In this document: positions 57,085 to 64,000 of the stretch, in pieces
Numbering within the stretch: the first letter of the stretch is position 1
Layout: each line of letters opens with the position of its first letter
Source of the DNA: an uncultured Gammaproteobacteria bacterium
Lineage (GTDB): Bacteria; Patescibacteriota; Patescibacteriia; UBA1558; S5-K13
Assembly: GCA_964424195.1 (NCBI GenBank)
Contig: CAYRHT010000003.1
Span: 14,919 to 78,918 of the forward strand
Direction: 5' to 3'
DNA: 64,000 nt
The notes under the pieces: generated by a model
Told to the model about the DNA's origin: nothing
Database searches by the model: none
What the model saw: the letters and a program-made list of their open reading frames with translations, nothing else
Position numbers and translations under genes: made by a program

Positions 57085-58533
57085 ATGAGTATTTTTAAAA
57101 GAAAAATTAAAGATTCTGATGCTGATGGAATTCTAGATAAAGACGAAAAAGCATTAGGAACAAATCCTAAAAATCCGGATACAGATCGGGATGGTCTTGG
57201 TGATTATCAGGAAGTTAATGTCTATGGAACTAATCCTTTAAATCCTGATTCAGACGGAGATGGAATGACTGATGGTAAAGAAGTAAGAACTGGTCGAAAT
57301 CCACTTGGTCCTGGATTATTAAAAGATTTATTCATTCCTTGTGAAGCTAATAACTACCGACCTCAAGCTTTAAGACCTCAGAGATTATTCTTCTATACTC
57401 TTAGTGCTTTAATGATGAAAGCTATTATTATATTTTTTGTGATTAGTTTACCTTTAACAGCTTGGTTAACTCCAGATTTAATGAGAGAACAAGCTAATAG
57501 AATTATTAGTTTAACTAACGGAATTAGAAGTAATTTAGGTATTACTATTTTAGTTGAGAATGATCTATTAAATATCTCTGCTTACAACAAAGCTCAGGAT
57601 ATGTTAGTTAACCAATATTTTGCTCATGTTAGTTCTGATGGAAAAAGAGTAGGAGCTTGGTTAAAGAGCATTGGTTACGATTATCAAGTAGCTGGAGAAA
57701 ATCTAGCTATGGGTTTTAGTAGCGCTGAGAATGTTGTTAATGCTTGGACTAAGAGTGAAACTCATTATCAGAATATGATTGATCCTGATTTTACAGAAAT
57801 TGGTGTGGGAGTAATTGCTGGTAATTATATTGATAAAGAAACTACTTTAGTAGCTCAACACTTTGGATCTCCTAAGGTCATTGTTAATACTGAAGATATT
57901 AGATTACCAGTAGAAGAAGTAGTTGAAACTGAAGAAGTAGTTGATGATATTGAAATTGAAGAATCTCCAATTTTAGATGACGGTTCTAGTGTTTTGTCTT
58001 TAAAAGAAGTAAGTCCAGAACCAGAGGTAAATTTAACTATTGATGAACCAGTAGCAAAAGCTGATAGTGTTATTAGAGCAGAAGTATCTTTAGAAGAAGA
58101 TATTGTATCAGCCGAGATTAATATTAATGAAAAAAGTATTCCTTTGAGTCAAGATTTTGAAGATCAAAAACTTTGGACTGGAAGTTTAATTATCCCTAAT
58201 GAAGAGATTGAAGGAGTTTTAGACCCAGTTGTTCCAGCTAGTATTAAAACTATAGATCAGGCAGGGAATATTAATTTATTTAATGCTGATTGGAATAATA
58301 TTAAACCTTTAAAAACTACTATATTAGATCAATATCTATTCTTGAAATCATATTCATCTAAATATGTTCAATGGTTATTTAGTTTAAGCGAAGGGTATTA
58401 CAAAGTCTTGTTAGTTATAACTTGCTTAGCCTTTGTTTTAAATATCTTTGTTAAAATTAGAAAACAAAACTTTCAGATTATACTTTCTTCAGCTTTGTTT
58501 ATTATCCTATTAACTTTATTACTTTTAGTTTAA
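57085..58533 (+). CDS. Secreted/anchored CAP (SCP/PR-1)-domain protein with N-terminal thrombospondin type-3 Ca-binding repeats and C-terminal TM
   Basis: Repeats DADGILDKDE / DTDRDGLGDYQE / DSDGDGMTDGKE. CAP domain YFAHVSSDG...GENLAMG...HYQNMIDPDFTEIGVGV. Acidic linker and C-terminal TM. Confidence 0.65.
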   Translation: MSIFKRKIKDSDADGILDKDEKALGTNPKNPDTDRDGLGDYQEVNVYGTNPLNPDSDGDGMTDGKEVRTGRNPLGPGLLKDLFIPCEANNYRPQALRPQRLFFYTLSALMMKAIIIFFVISLPLTAWLTPDLMREQANRIISLTNGIRSNLGITILVENDLLNISAYNKAQDMLVNQYFAHVSSDGKRVGAWLKSIGYDYQVAGENLAMGFSSAENVVNAWTKSETHYQNMIDPDFTEIGVGVIAGNYIDKETTLVAQHFGSPKVIVNTEDIRLPVEEVVETEEVVDDIEIEESPILDDGSSVLSLKEVSPEPEVNLTIDEPVAKADSVIRAEVSLEEDIVSAEININEKSIPLSQDFEDQKLWTGSLIIPNEEIEGVLDPVVPASIKTIDQAGNINLFNADWNNIKPLKTTILDQYLFLKSYSSKYVQWLFSLSEGYYKVLLVITCLAFVLNIFVKIRKQNFQIILSSALFIILLTLLLLV

Positions 58534-58567
58534 AATATTGATTCTCAAGAAATGTGGAGTATTTTGC

Positions 58568-58596
58568 TTGACATTTTTTGTTAAGTATGATATAGT
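58568..58596 (+). promoter_or_regulatory. Near-consensus promoter with extended -10
   Basis: TTGACA, 17-nt spacer, TGaTATAGT. Identical -10 block to the promoter at 12643. Confidence 0.5.
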
Positions 58597-58653
58597 TCAA
58601 TATTACTTACAAATAAGTAATTGATAAATAATTAAGAAAATAATTAAAAAATT

Positions 58654-59769
58654 ATGAAAAACACAAAAACAATAAATACTAGATCAATCATTACTTTAGT
58701 TTTGATTTTTAGTATTTTAGCAATGCCTTTCTATACTCAGGCTGCTTCTGAGAAGAAAGAACCTGTAAGCTTTAGTGCTACTGCACCAAGTGTTACCGTA
58801 CCAATAACTAGCCCAAATGTTTCTAATACCAGTTTTAGTATTGGTACAACTCCTGTTAATACTGTTCCAGTAGCAGTAGCAGATGAATATAAGGTTTATA
58901 CAGAAGAAAAACTTTATACCAATGAAGTAAAAGAAGGTGTTTTAAGAAATGATTATGATAAAAATAATGACATATTAGAAGCTGTTTATGGTTCTGGATT
59001 AAGTACTAGTGCAACAGTTTTTCCTTTAAAGTTAAACTATGGTACTTTATTTGAATTTAATTCAGACGGTACATTTACTTATGTAGCTAATAGTGCCGGA
59101 GGTGATGATGAATTTAGTTATCGAGCCTATGATGGTAAAGTTTATTCTAACGTAGTTAGTGTTGTAATCTATGTTGGTAAACGAGTTATTCCTACACCAG
59201 ATCCAGATGTTTTAGGATGTATGGATACTAGTGCTAATAACTATAATTCTAGTGCAAATGTAGATGATGGTACTTGTACATATACTTCAGGTGGTTCTGG
59301 CGATGGAAATGGTGGAACATTTACTCCAAATTCAGATGATGAAGATTTAGAACCAGAATTGATTAACGAAGAAACAGAAGAAGGAAGTATTCTTGGTGAT
59401 ATAGTATTTGCAGATGGATTATATAGATGTGAAGATGATAAAATATTTTCTTTTACAGATAATGTAAAAACTTATGTTCCTGATTTACTAACTTTAGGTA
59501 AATATCATTTTGGTGAAGATGTAAATTATGCTACTTGTGAAGATATTGCTAATATTCCAGAAGTATTAGGTGATAATACCAAGGAAGAATGTGTAACTAA
59601 TTTTAAACCAGTTAAAAAAGATTTATTCAGAGGTACTAATATGAAAATCTATGCTTGGTTAAATAGTACTGCTCATTATGTTTCTTCTTTAGAAGAATTA
59701 GCTCGTGACTTTTTCGGAATTGAAATCATTAATCTTTGTCAAACAACAGTTGATGATTTAGTAAAATAA
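58654..59769 (+). CDS. Secreted protein with cadherin-like/Ig-like beta-sandwich domain
   Basis: Signal peptide. T/S/P/V-rich linker. VLRNDYDKNNDIL...FTYVANSAGGDDEFSYRAYDG pattern typical of bacterial cadherin-like domains. Confidence 0.5.
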   Translation: MKNTKTINTRSIITLVLIFSILAMPFYTQAASEKKEPVSFSATAPSVTVPITSPNVSNTSFSIGTTPVNTVPVAVADEYKVYTEEKLYTNEVKEGVLRNDYDKNNDILEAVYGSGLSTSATVFPLKLNYGTLFEFNSDGTFTYVANSAGGDDEFSYRAYDGKVYSNVVSVVIYVGKRVIPTPDPDVLGCMDTSANNYNSSANVDDGTCTYTSGGSGDGNGGTFTPNSDDEDLEPELINEETEEGSILGDIVFADGLYRCEDDKIFSFTDNVKTYVPDLLTLGKYHFGEDVNYATCEDIANIPEVLGDNTKEECVTNFKPVKKDLFRGTNMKIYAWLNSTAHYVSSLEELARDFFGIEIINLCQTTVDDLVK

Positions 59770-59787
59770 ATTAATATAGATTTTTTA

Positions 59788-59817
59788 AAAGCTCTGTCAT
59801 TCTGGCAGAGCTTTTTT
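59788..59817 (+). terminator. Intrinsic terminator
   Basis: 12-bp stem aaagctctgtca/tggcagagcttt followed by TTTTTT. Confidence 0.6.
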
Positions 59818-59945
59818 AGTTACTAAAGTTATCCCCAGGTATTTAATTAAATTACTTGACAAATATTTTAAATAGAGTATACTTTATTTAGGTAAAGTAC
59901 TTTAGTTTAATAAAGTTAATAATCTGTTTTAAATATTTATAAATT

Positions 59946-60218
59946 ATGATTATATTAATTGGATATATAGCCACAATTCTGACAGCATCTACTATGATGC
60001 CTCAAATTTTTAGATCAATTCATACTAAAAGTGTTGAGGATATTTCATTTATAATGTTAGTGATGTATATTGCAAATGCAGGATTATGGACGGTTTATGG
60101 TATTTTGATAGATGCCAAACCTCTTATTATTGCGGATAGTTTAGCTTGTTGTGCTGGAATTACTCAGTTAGTTATAAAATTAAAATATTATAAATATTCG
60201 CAGGTAAAGAATTTTTAA
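59946..60218 (+). CDS. SemiSWEET (PQ-loop, 3-TM sugar transporter half-unit)
   Basis: 90 aa with three TM helices and the PQ motif TMMPQIF. Own promoter TTGACA-16-TATACT upstream. Confidence 0.6.
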   Translation: MIILIGYIATILTASTMMPQIFRSIHTKSVEDISFIMLVMYIANAGLWTVYGILIDAKPLIIADSLACCAGITQLVIKLKYYKYSQVKNF

Positions 60219-60235
60219 AAATAAATAATTATATT

Positions 60236-60553
60236 ATGAATTTATCAAAAAACAAAAAAACAGAAGATTTATATCAAGTCATTCTTAAATTAAAAAATTT
60301 AGAGGAAGCTCAAAGATTTTTTCGGGATTTATTAACATCCGTTGAGATTTTAGAATTTTCTAAAAGATGGCAAGTTGCTCAAATGTTGGATGATAAAATT
60401 CCTTATTCTTTTATTGAAAAAAAGACTGGTCTAAGTTCTACTACGGTTGCTCGAATTTCTAAATGGTTACAAAATGGTAAAGGTGGCTACAAATTAATGC
60501 TTAAAAAAATAAATACTCATCATAACTTAATTTCTTCCCCAAGAAGGAATTGA
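60236..60553 (+). CDS. YerC/YecD-family TrpR-like DNA-binding protein
   Basis: LEEAQRFFRDLLT..E...RWQVAQML....SYIEKKTGLSSTTVARISKWL matches the TrpR-like YerC pattern. Confidence 0.6.
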   Translation: MNLSKNKKTEDLYQVILKLKNLEEAQRFFRDLLTSVEILEFSKRWQVAQMLDDKIPYSFIEKKTGLSSTTVARISKWLQNGKGGYKLMLKKINTHHNLISSPRRN

Positions 60554-60586
60554 GTTGATTTTTAATATTGATTTAAAATCAGTCCA

Positions 60587-60612
60587 GCTCCTTCTTGAGA
60601 AGGAGTTTTTTA
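60587..60612 (+). terminator. Intrinsic terminator
   Basis: Stem ctccttc/gaaggag followed by TTTTTT. Confidence 0.55.
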
Positions 60613-60643
60613 ATTCTCAAGAAAGAAAAAAAAGGAGGAAAAG

Positions 60644-61219
60644 ATGAAAAGAAAGGAGCAGGAAGGAGGTAGTTTAGAAATGAAAAGAATTACTACTAGT
60701 TGGGAATTCGCGCAATATAAGGATCAATTAATTAATCTTTATATTAAATGTTTTGCTGAATATCCTTGGAATGAAAATTATACTTATAGTAAAGTGGAGC
60801 AATGGTTTAATAGTATGTTGAAATATGAAAACCTTATTTTACTTATTTGTACAAAAGCCAATATTGTTTTGGGAGCAACATTTTGTTTTCCAGCAGGATA
60901 TCAGCAAGAGATAAGTGATTGTATTCCTGTGGATATTAAAAAAGAAAATGTTATCTATCTTGCTGAGACATTTGTTGACTCTGATTATAGAAGGAAGGGG
61001 ATTGCTACTTTATTTCATGATGAAAAAATTGGAATAGCAAAAGAAAAAGCATTTGAATATGTAATCGAAACAACTAGTGCTAATTCTAAAATGTTTCCAT
61101 TAATGAAAAAGAGAGGATTTGAGGTAATTAATAAAAAGAAAAGAATAGTTACCAGACTAATTAAGGGACAATTAATCAAAGTTCCAGACGAGAGAGTTAT
61201 CTTTTTTAAAAAACTTTGA
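60644..61219 (+). CDS. GNAT-family N-acetyltransferase
   Basis: Acetyl-CoA binding region RRKGIATLFH... and a beta-alpha-beta GNAT pattern. Strong AAGGAGG RBS. Confidence 0.65.
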   Translation: MKRKEQEGGSLEMKRITTSWEFAQYKDQLINLYIKCFAEYPWNENYTYSKVEQWFNSMLKYENLILLICTKANIVLGATFCFPAGYQQEISDCIPVDIKKENVIYLAETFVDSDYRRKGIATLFHDEKIGIAKEKAFEYVIETTSANSKMFPLMKKRGFEVINKKKRIVTRLIKGQLIKVPDERVIFFKKL

Positions 61220-61276
61220 TGATTAATGTGGTTAGGGTAATGAGTTATATACTTCATTACCCTGATTATTAAAACT

Positions 61277-61984
61277 ATGGCTAAAATACTATTTTCAACA
61301 TTGACCCATGGAAATGAAATTATTGGTTTAGATGTTGTTAAAAAAATTAAAAAAATCGAAAGATTAGGAGATAAATTTGATTATATTATTTCTAATTCTT
61401 TAGCTTTCTCAAACAATAGTAGATATGTAGATTCAGATTTAAATAGAATATTTCCTGGTAATGATCAAGGAAATTATGAAGAACAGAGAGCTGTAGAAAT
61501 AATTAACATCGGTAAAAAATATGATTATGTTATTGATTTACATGGTTCAGTTTCAAATACTGGTGTTTTTATAATTATTACTAAATTGAATATAGAGAAT
61601 TTATTATTAGCTTTAAGATTTAATATTAAAAGGATAGTCATTTGGTTAGACACTGAAGAGACTAAAGGTTCTTTATCAACTTTTATGCCTATAGGAATAG
61701 AAATTGAATCTGGTTTTAAAAATGACTTTGAAGTATATCAAGAATTGAAAGATAAATTAATTACTTTTTTAGAGAGAGATGCTCCAATTAATCTTGAAGA
61801 TGAGTTAAGAAAAAGAGATATTTTTTGGGTTGATGGAAGTTTGAGTAAGAAAAACAAGAAATTTCGTGGTTTAAAAAATTGGAAAAAGATAAAAGATTTT
61901 TATCCATTATTTGTAGATGGTCAATATGAGAATATTTGGTGTTATAAATTAAAAAAAGTGAATTTAAAAATAAAACAAAACTAG
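61277..61984 (+). CDS. Succinylglutamate desuccinylase/aspartoacylase-family (M14-like) zinc hydrolase
   Basis: HGNE zinc-ligand motif at the N-terminus and IDLHG downstream. Confidence 0.55.
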   Translation: MAKILFSTLTHGNEIIGLDVVKKIKKIERLGDKFDYIISNSLAFSNNSRYVDSDLNRIFPGNDQGNYEEQRAVEIINIGKKYDYVIDLHGSVSNTGVFIIITKLNIENLLLALRFNIKRIVIWLDTEETKGSLSTFMPIGIEIESGFKNDFEVYQELKDKLITFLERDAPINLEDELRKRDIFWVDGSLSKKNKKFRGLKNWKKIKDFYPLFVDGQYENIWCYKLKKVNLKIKQN

Positions 61985-62026
61985 GAAAATTACTTTCCCA
62001 GTTTTTTTATCCACAGTTAGTAGTGG

Positions 62027-62094
62027 TTGCCAAAAACTGTTTTGTGGAGTAAAATATAATTGAAGTGGATAAAAGTGGGTAAGTCTGGGGATAA
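62027..62094 (+). promoter_or_regulatory. mraZ promoter with MraZ-box direct repeats
   Basis: TTGCCA-17-TAAAAT, then three 10-bp-phased repeats GTGGATAAAA / GTGGGTAAGT / CTGGGGATAA (62065-62094). Additional GTGG half-sites lie upstream. Confidence 0.5.
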
Positions 62095-62158
62095 CTTTGA
62101 GAAGACCCAAAACAAGCTATTATTCAAGTATTTTAATTAAGAAGAATTATCATCTTTT

Positions 62159-62590
62159 ATGTTCATTGGTGAATACAATCATACTATTGATGAAAAAGGT
62201 CGTTTGGCTGTGCCAGCGAAGTTTCGAATTGATTTTAAAAATGGGGCAGTTGTCACTAGAGGATTAGACAATTGTCTTTTTCTTTTTACTAAAAAGTCTT
62301 GGAATGAATTAGCTGACAAACTTTCTCAGTTACCAATTTCTCAATCTAAATCAAGAGCTTTTGCAAGATTAATGTTAGCCGGGGCAATGGATGTTAAGTT
62401 GGATAAACAAGGAAGAATTATATTACCAGATTATTTAAGAAAATATGCTGTTTTGAAAAAGAAAAGTATTGTTGCTGGAGTCTTTAATCGTTTAGAAATT
62501 TGGGATGAAAATAATTGGAATACTTACAAACAATCAGTAGAAAAAGATTCAACAGATATAGCTAATGAATTAGGAGATTTAGGAATATAA
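62159..62590 (+). CDS. mraZ: Transcriptional regulator MraZ
   Basis: MFIGEYNHTIDEKGRLAVPAKFR and a second DxxxR half. 143 aa. Confidence 0.85.
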   Translation: MFIGEYNHTIDEKGRLAVPAKFRIDFKNGAVVTRGLDNCLFLFTKKSWNELADKLSQLPISQSKSRAFARLMLAGAMDVKLDKQGRIILPDYLRKYAVLKKKSIVAGVFNRLEIWDENNWNTYKQSVEKDSTDIANELGDLGI

Positions 62591-62592
62591 TT

Positions 62593-63534
62593 ATGAAAAA
62601 GCACCTACCAGTACTATTGAATGAAGTTATAGAAGGATTAAATTTGAAATCTAATAACAATGTGATTGATGCTACCTTAGGCGGTGGTGGTCATACTCAA
62701 GAGATTCTAGAAAAGACAGCTCCTGAAGGTCAAGTAATCGGTTTTGATCTAGATCCTGAGGCAATAGAATTAGCTAAAACAAATTTAAAAAAATATAAGG
62801 ATAGAGTAATATATATCCCTAGTGGATATCAAAAATTAAAACAAAAACAAAATGAACAATTTAAGCATCTTAAAGTCCACGGTATTTTACTTGACCTGGG
62901 CTTATCATTGTATCAATTACAAGAGCACGATCGAGGTTTTTCATTTCTAGGAGATTCTAGTTTAGATATGCGTTATGATCGAAATTCTGAAAAAGAAAAT
63001 GCTGAACATATAATTAATGAATTCCCAGAAGAAAAGCTAGCAGACATTTTCTATGAATATGGAGAAGAAAAATTATCCAGACAAATAGCTAGTTTAATTG
63101 TTAAGAGAAGAGAACAAGAAAGAATAGATACTCCTGAGAAGCTAGTAAGAATCATAGAGTTAATTTACAAAACTAAGTTTAAAAATAAGTCTAAGAAACA
63201 TCCAGCTACGAAAGTATTTCAAGCTTTACGAATCTATGTTAATCAAGAATTTGAAAATATTAAAGAATCTTTACCAATAGCAATTGATATTTTAGAAAAA
63301 GGTGGAAGATTAGCAGTAATTACCTTTCATTCTTTAGAAGATAAGATAGTTAAGGATTATTTCAAGAAAGAAGCACGAGATTGCCTCTGTCCAATAGAAA
63401 TACCAGAATGTCGTTGTGGACATCAAGCTCGGATAAAGATTATTAATCGTAAAGTAATAGTTCCTGGTGAAGAAGAATTAAAGAATAATTCAGCATCAAG
63501 GAGCGCTAAATTAAGAGTAATAGAAAAAATTTAA
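62593..63534 (+). CDS. rsmH: 16S rRNA (cytosine1402-N4)-methyltransferase RsmH (MraW)
   Basis: HLPVLLNEV...IDATLGGGGHT SAM motif and a conserved C-terminus. Confidence 0.9.
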   Translation: MKKHLPVLLNEVIEGLNLKSNNNVIDATLGGGGHTQEILEKTAPEGQVIGFDLDPEAIELAKTNLKKYKDRVIYIPSGYQKLKQKQNEQFKHLKVHGILLDLGLSLYQLQEHDRGFSFLGDSSLDMRYDRNSEKENAEHIINEFPEEKLADIFYEYGEEKLSRQIASLIVKRREQERIDTPEKLVRIIELIYKTKFKNKSKKHPATKVFQALRIYVNQEFENIKESLPIAIDILEKGGRLAVITFHSLEDKIVKDYFKKEARDCLCPIEIPECRCGHQARIKIINRKVIVPGEEELKNNSASRSAKLRVIEKI

Positions 63535-63557
63535 AATAAAAAAATAAAAACAAAAAT

Positions 63558-63914
63558 ATGAGAAATTTCTTAGTTACCATGAAGAAGTTTTTAAGGAAAA
63601 ATTCTTTGAAATCTAAAAACAAGAAAAGAGTAATGTATAGTGTGAATATTGCTTTAGTTCTTTGTATCTTCGCTTTACTTTTTATTCATTTAAGCGGAGC
63701 TAATGAATTAGCTACCAAAGGATTCATTTTAAAAAAGCTATACTTTGAATTAGGAGAGCTAGAAGCAACTAATAAAGATTTAACTTTAGAATCAGCAGAG
63801 ATGCAATCTATTGCTCGAATTAAAGATGTAGCTGTTGAGAATCTGGGAATGGTTATGGCTGATGGTAAAGACTATATTGTCCTTAGTAGAAATAAAGATA
63901 TTGTAAAAAAATAG
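63558..63914 (+). CDS. ftsL: Cell-division protein FtsL-like (single TM plus coiled coil)
   Basis: Position after rsmH. 118 aa with a TM (VLCIFALLFIHL) and heptad-rich periplasmic part. Confidence 0.5.
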   Translation: MRNFLVTMKKFLRKNSLKSKNKKRVMYSVNIALVLCIFALLFIHLSGANELATKGFILKKLYFELGELEATNKDLTLESAEMQSIARIKDVAVENLGMVMADGKDYIVLSRNKDIVKK

Positions 63915-63959
63915 TTTTCTAAAGTTTAGAAGTTATCATTAATTCTATTTATATTAGTT

Positions 63960-64000
63960 TATGATTAAGAGAAATGAAATAGTTGATATTAATAAAATGG
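63960..64000 (+). CDS. Start of next dcw gene (probably ftsI-type PBP), truncated by window end
   Basis: ATG at 63960 opens an ORF (MIKRNEIVDINKM...) that runs off the window. Identity inferred only from dcw gene order. Confidence 0.25.

Noticed and set aside
3686-61257. Remaining short overlapping or antisense ORFs from the six-frame track (e.g. 3686..3868, 7744..7953, 18969..19208, 20889..21122, 22567..22761, 24466..24657, 26378..26581, 32281..32472, 32958..33143, 35901..36092, 36655..36867, 39085..39354, 40168..40371, 43295..43483, 44651..44875, 45298..45739, 49353..49559, 51393..51704, 52007..52306, 61015..61257)
   Set aside because: Each is nested in, or antisense to, a longer ORF that has domain-level support. 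None has a convincing RBS. Leu/Ile/Phe/Lys-rich composition is typical of out-of-frame A/T-rich sequence.
1-64000. CRISPR arrays, transposases/integrases, prophage genes, rRNA operons, alternative genetic code (UGA recoding)
   Set aside because: No regularly spaced direct repeats with spacers. No DDE or tyrosine-recombinase motifs in any ORF. No rRNA-like conserved blocks. Genes terminate mainly at TAA and full-length homologs are obtained with the standard code, so there is no evidence for UGA reassignment.

Overview
This 64 kb window is a very A/T-rich bacterial chromosome segment, densely packed with genes mostly on the + strand. Stop codons follow the standard code and Shine-Dalgarno sites are common. 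The core gene content (ribosomal-protein N/C extensions, many small membrane proteins, DUF4012) resembles that seen in CPR/Patescibacteria-like genomes, but I cannot assign a lineage from sequence alone.

The conserved backbone consists of cell-envelope and cell-division genes plus several translation-related and housekeeping genes.
- Cell envelope and division: a PBP transpeptidase fragment, greA and mreB at the left edge; a dcw block nifU-nfu-iscS-mraY-[orphan gene]-murD-ftsW-murG-murC-murB; then ftsB, a parvulin-type PPIase and ftsEX; and a second dcw fragment mraZ-rsmH-ftsL at the right edge.
- Translation and other housekeeping: murJ-lepA, hpf-secA, rplJ-rplL, rpmA, prs, rsuA, tsaB, cutA and nudix.
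- One tRNA-Asn(GTT) and a compact RNase P RNA (rnpB) that has its own consensus promoter.

Between the core genes sit several accessory loci.
- A surface-glycan locus (WbaP-type initiating sugar transferase, four GT-B glycosyltransferases, a roughly 960-aa DUF4012 protein with a polybasic tail, MurJ). A RhuM/Doc(Fic)-type gene cassette has inserted into it with a 21-nt duplication of the downstream glycosyltransferase start.
- An A/T-richer island between ftsX and rpmA that I read as a BcgI-like Type IIB restriction-modification system: a fused PD-(D/E)xK nuclease plus gamma-class N6A methyltransferase subunit and a two-TRD specificity subunit, with no HsdR.
- An orphan 524-aa gene wedged between mraY and murD that carries three near-perfect 63-bp tandem repeats.
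- Two membrane-protein genes with a duplicated ~100-bp leader containing a palindrome.
- A cluster of secreted or lipoproteins (a GH-like hydrolase, a CAP/TSP3-repeat protein, a cadherin-like protein).
- A SemiSWEET plus YerC-like pair.

Regulatory signals readable from the sequence include many near-consensus TTGACA-17-TAnAnT promoters (two with the identical extended -10 TGaTATAGT), numerous intrinsic and bidirectional terminators, an MraZ-box direct-repeat array upstream of mraZ, and an rplJ (L10) leader with mutually exclusive antiterminator and terminator hairpins.

I found no CRISPR array, transposase, integrase or rRNA.
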